From an uncultured bacterium (GTDB taxonomy: Bacteria; UBP15; UBA6099): a stretch of DNA of 64,000 bases. The stretch lies in contig CAYPEK010000002.1 in the NCBI GenBank assembly GCA_964409645.1, forward strand, positions 48,971 to 112,970, read 5' to 3'. Position numbers and translations under genes: made by a program. The notes below the pieces were generated by a model, which was not told the DNA's origin, did no database searches, and saw only the letters and a list, made by a program, of their open reading frames with translations. Each line of letters begins with the position of its first letter. The stretch's first letter is position 1. This document shows positions 47,511 to 62,500 of this stretch, piece after piece.

Positions 47511-50500
47511 TCATGGCAAGGTCATGTTAACGGCAAACGGTGAGGTATTCCCGTTTCCATCCGTGAGAGTTGCAGAAAGAGTATGCGATGTGGAGCTAAC
47601 GGAAGAAATAAGTATGTTCTTTGTCAGGGAAACGCCTGCCGTTGTGAAGCTCAAGTAATCCAGATATTTATATCCTTCGCCGCTGGTTGTATCCGCTGCA
47701 ACCGGAATTGAAGTATCGTCGGCAAGGAAAAACTCTACCTTACAGGGCAGAGCCGCTGAACATGTTGCGGTGCTTGCCACGCTCGCGGTTATTACATAAT
47801 TGGTGGCGGTTTTGGTAATTGACACTATAGTGGGAGCCGATAAGCTGCCGTTAGCGCCGCTGCTTAGCTTAATTCCGGGGCCGTTGTTCTCATATATGGA
47901 ATTCTGGGTTATCTTGTTTCTCACCACTCCGGCGCCGTAGAGAGTAACGCCGCCGCCCGCTGTGGTTAACGCGCCGTTATGATGGATTTTACAGCTCTGC
48001 ACCAGATTGTCGGTCGTGGTCGATCCGCTGTTACCCATAGCAATGCCTGCCGCGGGGAAATTTCGAATTTCAAGGTTTTTGACCACATTGCTGCTTGTGT
48101 TAATCCTCAATCCTGCACCGCCCGATGCCGTGTATAGGGTTCCGTCCAGAACTATGTTTCTGCCACTTCCGCCGTCTATCGTGATGCTGCTCTTATCGAA
48201 TATCGGAAGGGCGGTCTGAATGCTGATGACTGTCCCGACCGCCAATGCCGAGAAATCGATGGAATTGCCGTTGGCCAAGCTCCCTGAATACATGCAAGAC
48301 CTCAGCGTTCCGCTTTCCGTGGTATCACTGCTGCTTGTTACCTTGTTATCCGGGCAATGATACGGCAAGGCGAAGTTTGCTGCGTATGGCGATGTGTTCC
48401 CGTAACTGTCGGTTACAGTGGCCGTGATGTGTGTTGAATACTTATTAATCGACGAAACATCGACGCTGCTGATATACATATAGCAATACGTAGAATCGCA
48501 ATTGGATAGTGTGGTGTAGCTAGTCACATACATATATCCTTCGCCGCTGCCGGTGGGGTCAAGAACCACATTTGAAGTCGGGTCATTGGCGGCAAATATT
48601 TCAACTTTGCACAATCCTTTGGGGCCGTTCATGCAGTTGTCCTGTAATGGTATATCAACCTTAATCAAATACTTCCCATCCGTTCCTTTTGTAACAGTTT
48701 CTATGACCGGAGGCGGAGCGCTCGCATTTGCGCTCATGGACAATTTGATTCCGGGGCCATTGTTCTCATAAATTGAATTCTGCGACAATGTGTTTCTCAC
48801 TACTCCCGAACCGAAGAGCGAAATGCCGCCGCCCGCAGTGGATAATGAGCCGTTGTGATGGATTTTGCAGTTTTGCACTAAATTATCGGTCGTAGTCGAT
48901 CCACTGTTACCGATATAAATGCCGACGGCGGGGAAGTTTCTGAATTCCAGATTTTTGACAACATTGTTGCTTGTCAGAATGTTCAGCCCGACACCGCCGA
49001 TGGCCGTGATACCGCTTCCGTCAAGTATGATGTTCTTATTGCCTCCGTCGATCGTGATATTGCTCTTGGTGAAAGAAGGAAGAGTTGTCTTAAGATTAAT
49101 AACTTCTCCTACGGGGTAATCGTTGAAACTAATTGCGCTGTTGTCGAGCAAGTCCTTAGTCGCCAAGCATGATCTCAGTGTTTCGCTTCCTCTGTCCGCC
49201 GAACTCCTTACCATTAAATCGGGGCAGACGTTGGGGATTTCGTAGTTTGCCGCATAAGTCGATGTGTTTCCGGCACTGTCGGTTATGGTCGCTGTAAGAT
49301 AGCTGCTATATCTGCTAACCTGCCGGAGATTCACATTGTTTATCACTAAGTAGCAATTTGAAGAGAGCGAACAGAAGCTGGTCAGTTCGCTTTCCGGTGT
49401 GTGATTTACATATAGAAAACCTTCACCGTATCCAGTAGAGTCGGCCAATATTTTTGGGGATTCATGTGGCCCGTCCGCTATAAACAACTCCACCTTGCAT
49501 CCGTTTGAACCGCTCGTGCAATCTATTCCGTCCGGGAAATGAACGTTGATGGTGTATAACCCATTGCCGTTATCGAAAATTGTCTGAATCACCGGTGGCT
49601 GGATGCCGTCGTTTGGCGACGGGTTGTAAGCTTCAAATACAATGCCTGCGCCGGTATTTTCATATATGCGGTTTTTAGTGAAGGTATTATGGTTGTTATT
49701 AGCGGAGACATAGATACCGCCGCCGAAACCAGTGGCGTCGTTGTTGTAAGCGATCGAGTTGTTACTGATCGTATTGTCGCTCGACTGTGAATATATGAAT
49801 AACCCTCTTTTGTTATGTATATCGGCACCCGCTGGGGAAATGCCGATGAAGTTGTTCGAGATCGTCGATTGTGATGTGCTTTCGAAATAAATTCCGTATG
49901 TGCAGCCTCCGATAACGTTGCCGCTTATCGTGTCGCGGGTGTTGATTCCTCTTGCATAAATGCACGCGTTCGAGCCGGTCGCGTCCAAAAGAGCGGTCCC
50001 GGCTGCGTTGACGCCTATCATGTTGTCGGCTATCGTACAGGCCGCGCAATTGTACAGAGTCAAATTCACGTTTGTGCTGCCCGAAATGACGTTCCGCCGT
50101 ATGATATTTGCGCTGTCATGAGTTGTGGAATGATTCGTTCCGTTGATTATGCCGTTTCCGACTCTCAGCGCCGTGGCGGGCAGGGATGTTCCGTCCGCCG
50201 TTCCGATCCAGTTGTCCTCGATAATAGCGTTGTCGGCGGTGTCACCGAAAGTCGAAAGGCCGACTTTGAATCCCAAGATTATCAGATGGCTTAATTTGAC
50301 ATCCTTAGACTGAATGTTGAGGCCATAGAATGTTGTTGAACTGTCTGGCCCGAGGCCGACGATCTTTGTGGCCGGATCGCCTCCGGAAGTATTGCCTTCG
50401 ATTTCCGTCCTGTCTCCCGTCAGATATGGCAATGCCGTTTGAATATTAACTTGCGTGACGCTGGGATCGAAAACAATTTTCGTTCCGGGGAACGTATTTG

Positions 50501-53500
50501 CCATGTCGATGCATGAACGAAGAGTTCCGGAACCGGTGTCGGCGGAGCTTGTCACTTCGCAATCATCATCTATTAAGTGATTTTGTGCGAATGTTGATGT
50601 ATTACCTTCCGAGTCGGTAAGAGTCATAGTAATTGCGGTGCTGGTGGTTGGCAGACTTGCTTCGCTGACGCTGAATGTCAAAACGCATGTTGCCGGAGCA
50701 GCCGGGCATTGCAGATTCAAAGAGTGATCGACATATCGGAAAGCTTCACCTGTTTTGCTTTCATCCGGGCTAACTGTCGGAGAGCTGGTGTTGTCAACCA
50801 AAAACAGTTCTGCTGTGCATGTTTGCGCACTCGTGCATCTCGAGTTTTCCGGAATAGTATATGAAATGGTGTAATTGCCTCCGGATTTTACAATATTATC
50901 GATCACAGGCGGCTTGATGTCGTCGTTTGGCGACGGGATGTAAGCCCCAAACACAATGCCTGCGCCGGTGTTTTCATATATGCGATTCTGAGTAATTCTG
51001 GTATGGTTGTTATTGGGATATACATAGATACCGCCACCGTAACCAGCGTCGTCGTCGTTGTAAGCGATCGTGTTGTTACTGATCGTGTTATCGCTCGACT
51101 GCGCATATATGAATATCCCTTTCTTATTATGTATATCGGCACCCGCTTGGGAAATGCCGATGAAGTTGTTCGAGATCGTCGATTGTGATGTACTTTCGAA
51201 ATAAATTCCGTATGTACAGCCTCCGATAACGTTGCCGCTTATCGTGTCGCGGGTGTTGATTCCTCTTGCATAAATGCACGCGTTCGAGCCGGTCGCGTCC
51301 AAAAGAGCGGTCCCGGCTGCGTTGACGCCTATCATGTTGTCGGCTATCGTACAGGCCGCGCAATTGTACAGAGTCAAATTCACGTTTGTGCTGCCCGAAA
51401 TGACGTTCCGCCGTATGATATTTGCGCTGTCATGAGTTGTGGAATGATTCGTTCCGTTGATTATGCCGTTTCCGACTCTCAGCGCCGTGGCGGGCAGGGA
51501 TGTTCCGTCCGCCGTTCCGATCCAGTTGTCCTCGATAATAGCGTTGTCGGCGGTGTCACCGAAAGTCGAAAGGCCGACTTTGAATCCCAAGATTATCAGA
51601 TGGCTTAATTTGACATCCTTAGACTGAATGTTGAGGCCATAGAATGTTGTTGAACTGTCTGGCCCGAGGCCGACGATCTTTGTGGCCGGATCGCCTCCGG
51701 AAGTATTGCCTTCGATTTCCGTCCTGTCTCCCGTCAGATATGGCAATGCCGTTTGAATATTAACTTGCGTGACGCTGGGATCGAAAACAATTTTCGTTCC
51801 GGCGGACGTATTTGCTGTGTCGATGCACGAACGAAGAGTCCAGTCGCCTGTGTCTGCATTGCTTGTGACAGTGCAATTATTCGTTCCATAATTATTAGCG
51901 AATTGTGAAGTGTTCCCTGTGGAGTCGGTTACAGTTGCCGTGATGCTCTTTGTCGTGGAGTTGGGAATTGGAATATTGTCTATAACACAATTGCCCGTGC
52001 CGCTGCATTGAGAGCTGATGAGTATTTTATACCCTTCGCCGGCGCCGGAGGGATCTTCAAGAATGCTGTTTTCTCCGGTTTCATATATCTCCACAGTGCA
52101 AGGCGCAGCCGCGCATACGGGAACATTGACCAATGCTTTCAAATAACCGCTTGTTGCCGAGTTCATAAGGCTTCTTATTGCCGGAGCGGCGATTCCGCCG
52201 TTAGCGCCCGACTCAAGCTTTATCCCCAAGCCGCCATTCCCGTAAATCTGGTTGTAGTTGATTTTCGCTCTGCTTGCTCCGGAGCCGATAGTGACCCCGT
52301 GGGAGGCGTTAAAAACAATTGCGTTGACGCCGTTAGCGGTATTGTTGCCTATTGTATTATTCTGAGCCGTGCCTGATAGCGCTATCCCGTAATAATTCGG
52401 TGTTGCGTCCGTTCCGTTTTCTGTGCCTATCCAGTTTCCGATCACGGTATTATTGTTACCGGTGACAGCTATTCCTGCTTTGCCCGTGTAGTCGAAGCCC
52501 GAAATCTTGAGGTTCTTCAACGTATTTCCGTTCGAAGAGAGAACAATTCCGTCACAGCCGGTTGCACAGGAGCCGGATTTCTTTCTGACGATCACTCCGG
52601 CGCTTCCGCTGATGCTGCCGTCAATTGTCATTCCGGTCGAGCCGCTAATAGTTATCGGGCTTGCGACTTCTATGAACGTTGAAGCGGGAGGCAGATTGAA
52701 AGTAACCGTTTGCGGAGTCGAAGCGATTCCAGCTTTTGCTATGCACATTCTGAGAGAATATTTCGCGAACTGTTCGTCGGAATTGCTGGTTACAGAGTAG
52801 CCCGGGCACATATCCACTTTAAATTGCATCTGCTTTGCAATCTGATTGCCGGGAATGTCGATCGCATTAACGATGTATGTGAAATCTCCCTGTTTTTCAT
52901 TGACGGTTACCGACGCGGTATAGTTGCCGAGGCCGTCCGGATTAAGTGTTATCGGATTGGTTTCCGCGAATATATCGTTTGCGGAGTCATCCAGCGTAAC
53001 GGTGAGAGTATCATTGTTGATATCGGAAATCTGGCACGAAATGGTGACTTGCTGATGGATATCGCCTGTTACAGGTGAGCAGGTACCGATAACCGGTGAC
53101 GAGTTGATAACTGTGAAAGTATAGCCTTTGTGGTCCGCGCCGCCGTCTTTATCAATTGCCGTGAAATTGACTGTGTAAGTGGCGGCGGGAACACCTTTGA
53201 CCGCAATGGTACCTGTATAATAAGCACTATAATTCGTGCTTGCTGCTGTTCGCGTCAAAGTGACGGAGTTGAATGGAACTGACGTTGCATCGATACTCAC
53301 CGACGATCCCGCGCTGGTCAATCCGCCGTCTGTGTCGGTTACGTGACACGAGATGTTGATGTTTGCGCCGGGGAGGGCACTATTTGGGGTGAAAGTGCAA
53401 GTATCAAAAACCGGCAATATATTGTTTGTCCTGAAAGTATAATTAGAAGAGTTTGTAAAGGCCCCGTCAGATGAAACCACCGAGAAGGCGTATTCTCCGG

Positions 53501-56500
53501 CAGTTAAAATCTTCACGGTAATAGTGCTATTTACCCATTTATCCACTGATTTAGTGAGATCGAGCTGCGTGCCGGTGTGCTCAAAAATACCCAAAGCATC
53601 GTTGATATAGACGCGCGTGATATCTGCTGCCGTGTTCTTATCGTCCGCCTCGCAGTTGACCGATATAACGTCGCCCTTTATTCCGCTCAAACTTGAGAAA
53701 TTGCATACCGGCGGATCAGGAGGTCCATTCTGAACCGTGAAAGTCTTTGACGTTGAGTTAATTGCACTGGTAATATCAGTCGCGTAAATAGCAATTGTTT
53801 TAGCATCGTGGGGTGTCCTTGCGATTTGCAATCCGGTCACGCTCCATGTGCTGACGGATGTGTTGTTCAGTTGAATGTCCGCGCCGGCGATCGGAGGTGT
53901 GAACACTCCGTTATCTTTCGAAATGTAAACTGTGCTTATTGTATCACCGTTTGCATCGGTGACAGTGCAAGTCAGATCCACTAACGTGGTTTCGGGAATT
54001 CCCTGTACTGGAGAGAAATTGCTGCAGCTTATCGTAGGCGGAACATTATTAATGTTAATAGATGCCGGCTCCGTATCGCTTAGCAATCCGTCAGATGCAT
54101 TAACCGTAAAATTGTAGCTCTTCCCTGTAACGTTTTTGATGGTGAGGGTCGCTGTTTTCCATGTTGTTCCGGATATGAGACTCAGGGGTATTGTCGATCC
54201 GGCTGTGGAAAACACGCCTTCGGTATCAACGAAATTGGCCGAGGTTATATCTGAAGTCCCATTGGGGTCGGTCATATTGCAAGTGAGAACTACAAATTGG
54301 CCGGGATTGGCGTTTGTTGTGCCGAATCCACAGGAACCGGTTGTTATCACGGGCGGTAAGTTATTGACCGTGAATGTAATTGCCGAACTATTTACGGTTG
54401 TCGGCTTTGAATCGGTCGCGGAGAACGTGATATTGTAGGGTTTTCCTTTAACTGCTTTTACTATCATACCCGTAAAATACCAATGATTATCTGTTCCATG
54501 AGTAAGATTGTTCGAAGCGCCTGTGTTGAAGATGTTGTCCGCGCTTATTATTCTCACTTCGGTAACATCCGAATTCCCGTTGTCGTCGTCAACATAACAA
54601 TCTGCATTAATGCTTGCGCCGGGGTCTCCGTTGTCTGGATTTAAGGTGCATAGCGAAAATACGGGCGCGACATTATTGATCGCCAGTGTAGCCGTCACGG
54701 GAATGGCCGGGATGTCTTCCGTATTAATTGCGTTAATAGTAATCGTTCTCGATCCGGCGGTTAACGGTTTGACAAGAGTCAACGTCTTTTGGAAAGCATT
54801 ACCGCCGATTGAATCGAGGGAAATAGTTCCGGATGGCGTGAAAATACCATCTGAATCCGTAAACGACACAGCCAAATTTTTACTGAACGGATCTTGTGCG
54901 TTAACGCAATTAAGTGTTACTGAATCGCCGGGATTGGCGGATGATGGCGTGAATGTGCAACTCCCGATCGAAGGTCGCGGATCGAAAGTCCCGGTCACGC
55001 TGCCGTTGCATTCAGTGTCCGAGGAAGCAGTATAGGTGTTCACGCCGTTAATAATGCTCACGCCGGGGATGGTGGCATTTGAAGATGAGTCGGCGGTCAA
55101 GTTATAATCGGCGCCATTTAAATTGATCTTGATCGGTTTTGTGTCTGCGCGCGAAGTATTGAAGATAAGGTTGTATATGCCGGGTGAGGTCTTGGCATAA
55201 TCGGTGGGCTTCACTCCGAATATCTCGAATAAAATTGGATCTGCCGGGGTATTTATGCTGTCAAATCCATCTTTACTTAGCTTGACTTCATATCTTCCGT
55301 ATGGAATGTTGGGAACAAGACCATATCCTATTCCCGGGACAAGGCCCGATATGGAATTATAAGCGTAGCCCGGAGAATAATCCGGATCATACGATGAATC
55401 GTGCGCTGAATAGGAGCCGAAGTATAAAACGGGATTCTCATAACTAATTGAGTCAAAGCCGTTTGTAAAAGCCTGTCCTATCACTTGAAACATATAGTTT
55501 GTGCCGGCGTATTCGTGTGTGTCGGATATCGAACAGGTTTTCCCTATGGTTGGGGTGAAAGTACTTACGATTGATATGACCGGTTTCACATCTATATGTG
55601 TGGGGGTGATATCATCGCAGAAACTTATGTCGCCGGAAGTCGCTCCGGGAGTCGCGGCCGGAAAAATCGATCCAAATAACTTGATACGGATTTCAGTTGA
55701 AGTCCATGCATTAACTCTGCTGTCCGTAGGAGTGATTTTTTCATATTTGAATTGATTCGGTGGCGTCACGGACGGGAACGAAATGAAATCGTTTGAGCCC
55801 GATGTAAAATTCGTGCCGCTGATTGTGACTTCGTTAAAAACGCCTGTAGAATCAGTAATATATAATTCCGCAGGAGTAATCGACGTAATTTGCGGCACAT
55901 CAATATTTACCACAACTGCATTTGAAAACTGATTTTCCACACGAACTTTGATTTCTTTTGTTGTCATGCTCAGCAGAGCGGGCGGCAATTTGAGTTCTAT
56001 GTCGGTGTCGCTCCAATTCACTATATACTCGCTTGTTATGGGAATATAATCAGTTCCATCCCTGTAAGCTACATAGCTCGCGCCTTGTGCCGCAAGAAAA
56101 TTGTTTCCAAAAATGTGGATGTTATCTCTCGGACATTGTGTCGGGTATCCGATCGAAGTAATCGATGGAGTTATGCTCTGTGATGGAGCGAGTAGTTTGA
56201 ATATATTCCCGCTATTGGCATGCGGATTTGATGAAGTGATGTATGCATTGCCGGCGTGGTCGAACGAAATTCTATTTGCCGCCGGTACGCCGCACGAATA
56301 GCGTGCCCAACCGCCTACCGCATTTCCTGTCGCGGGATCGAGTTGCGCTTTGTAAACGCTGCTCTCGCCCATTGAAGAGATAAATAGATTTCCTTTTACA
56401 ACTGAATCAGACGAGCTTTCCGGTCCCACTGCAATGCCTGTCGGTGTGCTGATATCACTTATAATACATGACAGGGCTGATGAAGTAGTATCAATTTTTT

Positions 56501-59500
56501 CTATTGTACCGCATCCAACTGTTGTGTTGTCCATAATGCATGGCAGCTCGCTGTCGTCTGTTACTGTATGTGAAAATATTGCGCCGTATAAACTGTTTCC
56601 ATTATTGGAAAAAGCAATATCGGTAACAAAAAAAGTGCCCGGATTGAAATTTGTGAATCCCTGACCGACGCCTACACTTTCACCTGTTGATTGATTAATA
56701 TCGACTCTGCCGATGTTGAACGGAGCTATTTGTGGCATTGCATAATCCATTGTAAATAGATCTCCGACGATCGATGCGGGACTTGAATCAGGCGCAACGG
56801 ATACTCCTTGGCTAATCCATGGGATGGGCACATCGGTAGATGTGGTGATTGTTATTGGCGGCAATTCATATAATGGTTGCGGCTCCGAAGGAAATGATGA
56901 AGTGTTCTGAACATAATATATAGGTGCATCTCCACCCGCCGCCAAGAAAGCATCGTCATACTTTGGGATAGATGTAAAATCAGGCGCTGAAGTTAAATAC
57001 AATCTTTCGGGGTGACTCAGAGGGATATCCATATCCATTAACATTCTGCGTCTGCTTGCCGGAAGTGTTGAAACGAGTGTTTTTGTCGATGGATTGGTAA
57101 TATGGTATATATTTTTTGTGTCGGCGGCATAAATATCTCCGATCGTTGTAGGCACAGCCGCTACAGAGAAAAAACCGGATGAGGAAATGCCGGACAGGGT
57201 CGCATATATCAGGGGGGTAGGATAATCATTCCCACTCCCAATTGTGAAAGGTACGGCATTCGTGAGAGGCACTCCGTTCACTGTTGCTTCAAGGTTTCCG
57301 CTTGTAGCAGTGTCCGGAACCCTTACTGTAACATATTGAAGATCTCTGAATGTTTTGGCATTGATACCTTTCTCCGGAGTCGCACTGCCCGGGAACGTAA
57401 AGAGATTATTATCGGGATGATCCATGTCGAATCCTTCTCCGATCACCATGATGACATCTCCCGGATCACCGCAGACGTAAGTCGTGAAACGAGGCGGGAT
57501 TCCCGATACCCAAGCGGAGAATTTCGGAACTTGGGCGGTGAGGTGTTTTCCGTCCGATGTGACAGTGCCTTTGATATCAGTTGCCGTCCATTTCTGATTA
57601 TCTTCTTCGGAATCGAGGAAGAACATCGGGAGTTCCTGCCCCGGTGTAAGTTCTTGTTCAAGCGTGAGGGTTATTGTCACGGGAGAGTTGAACACCATTG
57701 ACTTTGTGAAGAAAGCGCCGCCGCCGAACGCATAGCCTCCGGGAATGTTTGCAGGGTTGTCTTTCGGCAACATACGCCGTACAGTGATAACCGCGTCTTC
57801 GGGAAGCGCCCCGGCGGGGATAACTACCGATGCCTCTCCGCTTTGGTCGGTTAATTCGAACGGGAACGAATTCCCTGTCGAAGCACCGCACTGTATCGTT
57901 ACGGGGCCGGAAAGTGCGCCGGCTGTTGTGGACACATTTCCTCCCGATTCCTTTGTCATCGATACGGAACCCGGTTCCGGAGCCGGCACGCGCGCTGTTA
58001 CCATGAAAGAGTCTCCGGATATCACTTCCGCCTGAACTCCTCCGAATCTTACGATGTTTTCATTCGGATTCGCGCAGAGTCCCGAGCCGAGTATGGTTAC
58101 TGCGTCGCCGAAACCACCACGTTGCGGATACACACTGTTAATGAATGGCATTTCATGTGAAATGGTTATCTGGACGGAGGCGGATGCGGAAGGTGTGCCC
58201 GCTTTGTCGAAAGCTATCGCATTGAACGTATGGCTCCCGGCGGAAACAGTCTGAGGATTGTATGCAAACTTGAAAATGCCGTTTCCGGTGTCAACTGAGG
58301 AAGATGCGAACAATGCATCCTCAATATACAGATCGACTCGCTCCGGACCTGCGGAGTCAATTGCGCGAACAGTGACTGCCGCTGATGTCCCGCCGATAAT
58401 GCTGCCGGCAATCGGGGCCACTATCGCCGCGGTCGGAACGGACCAGTCGATCGAGAATTGTCTCGATATAATCGGGCTTGAAGAGCCTGCGTTGTTTATG
58501 TCGTAGAAATCCACCTGACATGTGTTCAATCCTTCATTCCGGCAGTTGTTTGATGTATCGGCGCCCACCGTGATAGACGGGTTTGTAGAGCAACCGTATG
58601 CAGTCCAGCCGAGTGTCTGAGTTCCGTTGCTCAACACTCGGTAGTAACACACATTCAGCCCTGAGCCGCTTGCATCCGCATTAGTGACGTTGATCGTGAA
58701 ATTTGTCTTTTGCCACGAACCCGCGTCCGGAGAATTGATAGTCGTCGCTGGGGGCATCATATTCAATACGAACTGATGTGTTTGTGTCGCAGACGGATTC
58801 CCGGCGGCATCGATAGCGACCGCGCCTATCGTATGATTGCCGCTCGAAAGTGACTGTGCGTCAATTTCCGTCCGCCATGTTGTTCCCGTATCAAGCGCGG
58901 CTTCAGCGCTGAACTCTCCATCGATATAAATCTTTACTGCTTCGACTGTAGAGCTGTCTGTTGCGTCGATCACTGCGGGGAACGAGGTCCCTTGAATGTT
59001 TTCCCCGTCCAACGGCGATTCGATATCGACTGTCGGGGATGTGTTGTCTATTGTCACTTCCGTTATTGCTTCCGCATAATGGTTGAACTGGCTTTTGTCC
59101 ATTGCGGAGAGAACGATGGAATAAACGCCGTCGGGAAGCGGGTCTCCCGATTCGTCGGTTCCGTCCCATATCAAATCGACCGCCGAGTCTTCCCCGGTGT
59201 ACGTCTTCACCGCTTCTGAATTGTTCCTTATTTCCACTTTCCATGTGTAACCGTCGGAGTCTGAGATCGAAGCGGTTATGTGCGCAGAGTCTTTCACTCC
59301 CGCGCTGCCCTCGTTGTTCGGTGAGATGAGGTTAGGCGTAACGGCAAGGCCGGAGATCGCCGGAGGCGTGGAATTGACGTTTATCCTTATGGTTGCCTCC
59401 GCCGCGTTCGGAGTGGGGGAGAGGTCCACGGCGTGGATGTTTATTATATTCTCACCTTCGTGAAGCGGATTGATGAATGTGATCTGACCGTTATCGCCGG

Positions 59501-62500
59501 ATGTTTGGACCAATGTGCATCCTGAAGTTGTAACACAGGACGAATCGTTCCAGTTGACTCCGAAGCCGGTGTCTTCGATTTTAACTGTGATTACGGGCCT
59601 GTTTTCTCCGACAGTTTGGCCGTCGGTGTGCGAAATGAATGTAATCGCCGGAGGTGTGACGTCGATAGAAAAGACGGCGGTGCGCGTGATGGCGTTGCCC
59701 GCGAGGTCGGCTGTGGAAACCGATATTGTGTGGCTTCCGCTGCCGGAGAGCGAGACAGCGGCTCTGAATGTACTTGTTGTTTCGTCGTAAACAGCGGTAA
59801 GGTTTTCACCGTCGAGTGTGATGACGGTCGCAGAGACGTTCAGACCGGAGCCGCCCGTGTTGTCGGTTGCGACCACGACGATTTCCGCGGGCGGAGTTCC
59901 TACCATCTGCCCGTCGTGCGGCTCAATCGATGTCACGGATGGGCTTTGGGTATCAAGTGTCACCGACGCTGTTTTCGTTATCGTTTCTGTACCGCGGATT
60001 GCTTCAGCGGTAATTGTGTTTGCACCTTCAACAAGAGTTATTGTCGTTGCGAACGAGCCGTCGGAGGCGACTGCGACCGCGTTGCCGTTCACTGTCACGG
60101 TGACGCCGGGTGTGGCAATTCCGTTGACGGTGAGCGAGGCGTTATTTGTGATAAGGCCGTCCGCAGGTGAATTCAATGTGAGTGTCAGCGGGACGAAGAT
60201 GTTGCTGCATTGCGCTGAGCAAGTGCTCGGATTCACGCATGTGTCGGTGGTCTGGATGTTGTTGTCGTTGCAGTCGGTGTCGGCCGTACAGGCATACGGA
60301 CACTGTTCGTGATTGCATGAGGACTGCGATGTTCCGGGATTGAGACACGTGTCGGTTGTTTCCGGATTTGAGTCGTCGCATTCCGTGTCATTGAGACATG
60401 TTATGTTCTCATGTGAACATGCGGCGGTTGAGGCGCTTGCGTCGATGCAGATGTCAGCGGTGTGAGAGTTGTCATCGTCGCAGTCGATGTTGTTTCTGCA
60501 GGCGGTGCAGACGGCGGAAGTTGTTCCGCCGGCAACGCAGAAGATGGCTGGCGCGGTGCAGTCGGCGTCGATATTACATGCGATCAGCGTATGTGCGCAC
60601 TCGGACTGAAGCGTTCCGGGATTTTCGCACGTGTCGAGAGTCAGAGGATTTGAGTCGTCGCAGTTCGCGGCAGAGTTGCAGACGAAAGCGGTGTTCGTGC
60701 AGGTCGATTGAACTGTTCCCGGGTTTTCGCAAATGTCGAGAGTAAGCGGGATGCCGTCGTTGCATTCCCCGTCGTTAAGGCATCTGATCGTATTGTGTGA
60801 ACAAGCCGCGGCGGCTGTGCTCTCATTTGAACAAATATCTTCCGTATGCGCGTTGCCGTCGTCGCAGTCATCGTTGTTTCTGCACAATGAGCAGAGCGCG
60901 GAAGTTGTTCCGCCGTTTACGCAGAAACCGCCCTGCGCGGCACAATCCGCGTCAGAGTTGCAAGCGATCTGTGTATGGGCGCAGGCTGATGATGTAGTGC
61001 CGCCGTCCGAGCAAGTATCGATAGTCAGCGGATTCTGATCGTCGCAATCGTCGGCTGTATTGCACGCGATCAATGTATGCTGGCATGTCGCCGAAGTTGT
61101 TCCAACGTTTATGCATGTGTCGATAGTCAGCGGATTCGTATCAGCGCAGTCGGTGTCGGCGATGCATTGCATCGGATCGTTCGAACACGATGAATTGATT
61201 GTCCCCGGATTGTTGCACGCGTCCAGAGTCCACGGATTGCTGTCGTCGCATTCTGTGTTGTTTAAACATGCTATGGCGATATTGGTGCATGCTGCTGACG
61301 CTGTGCCTTCGTTGATGCACGTGTCTTCAGTATGGTCGTTTCCGTCGTTGCAATCCGCGCTCGACAAGCAGGCGGAGCAAATCGCGGTGGTTGTTCCTCC
61401 ATCTACGCAGAATCTTCCCGGAGATGTGCAATCCGTGTCAGTGTTACATGCAATCTGGATATGCGTGCATGAGGATTGCAGGGTGCCCGGATCAACGCAT
61501 TTATCTATCGTCAGCGCGATTCCGTCGTCGCAATTCGCGTCTGTGTTGCATACAAAAGCGGTGTTCGTGCAGGTTGATTGGACTGTTCCCGGGTTTTCGC
61601 AAACATCGAGAGTCAACGGAACACTGTCGTCGCATTCTTCGTCGTTCAGGCACATGATCGCATTGTGCGTGCATGTAGCCGAGGCTGTGCTTCCGTCATT
61701 GCAGACGTCTTCGGTATGGGAGTCGCCGTCATCGCAATCGCTGTTGTTTCTGCAAGCCGCGCACAGAGCGTTTGTTGTGCCGCCGTTAATGCAGAATTCA
61801 GCAGGGGGCGCGCAGTCGGTATTATTGTTGCAGGTAATCTGCGTGTGCGTGCATGAGGATTGCAGGGTGCCCGGATCGATACATTCATCTATAGTCAATG
61901 CGTCGCCGTCGTCGCAGTTTGCGGCCGAGTTGCAGGCGAATTGTGTGTTCGTGCAAGTTGACTGGACAGTTCCGGGATTTTCGCACTGGTCGATTGTTAG
62001 CGGATTGTCGTCATTGCATTCGCTGTCGCCAAAACATCTGATTTCATTATGTTCGCAGACGGCTGATGCGGTGTTTGCATTTGTGCAAATATCCTCTGTG
62101 TGATCGTCATTATCATTGCAATCGCTGTTATTCCTGCACGCAGTACAAACGGACGAGACTGTTCCTCCGCCGATACAGAACTGATCGACAGCACAATCTT
62201 CGTCGGAATTGCAGGTTATCGAAGTGTGCGTGCAAGATGATTGGAGTGTTCCCGGATTTTCGCAACCGTCTATGGTAAGAGTGTTTCCGTCGTCGCAATC
62301 TGCGGCAGAGTTGCAGGCGAACTGTGTGTTCGTGCATGTTGACTGGACAGTTCCGGGATTTTCACATGAATCGATCGTAAGGGAATCATTATCGTCGCAT
62401 TCGGAGTCATTCAGACATCTGATCGTGTCATGAGAGCAGGAGGCGGTCGATGTATTGGCGTTATTGCAAATGTCATTTGTATGGTCGTTCGAGTCGTCAC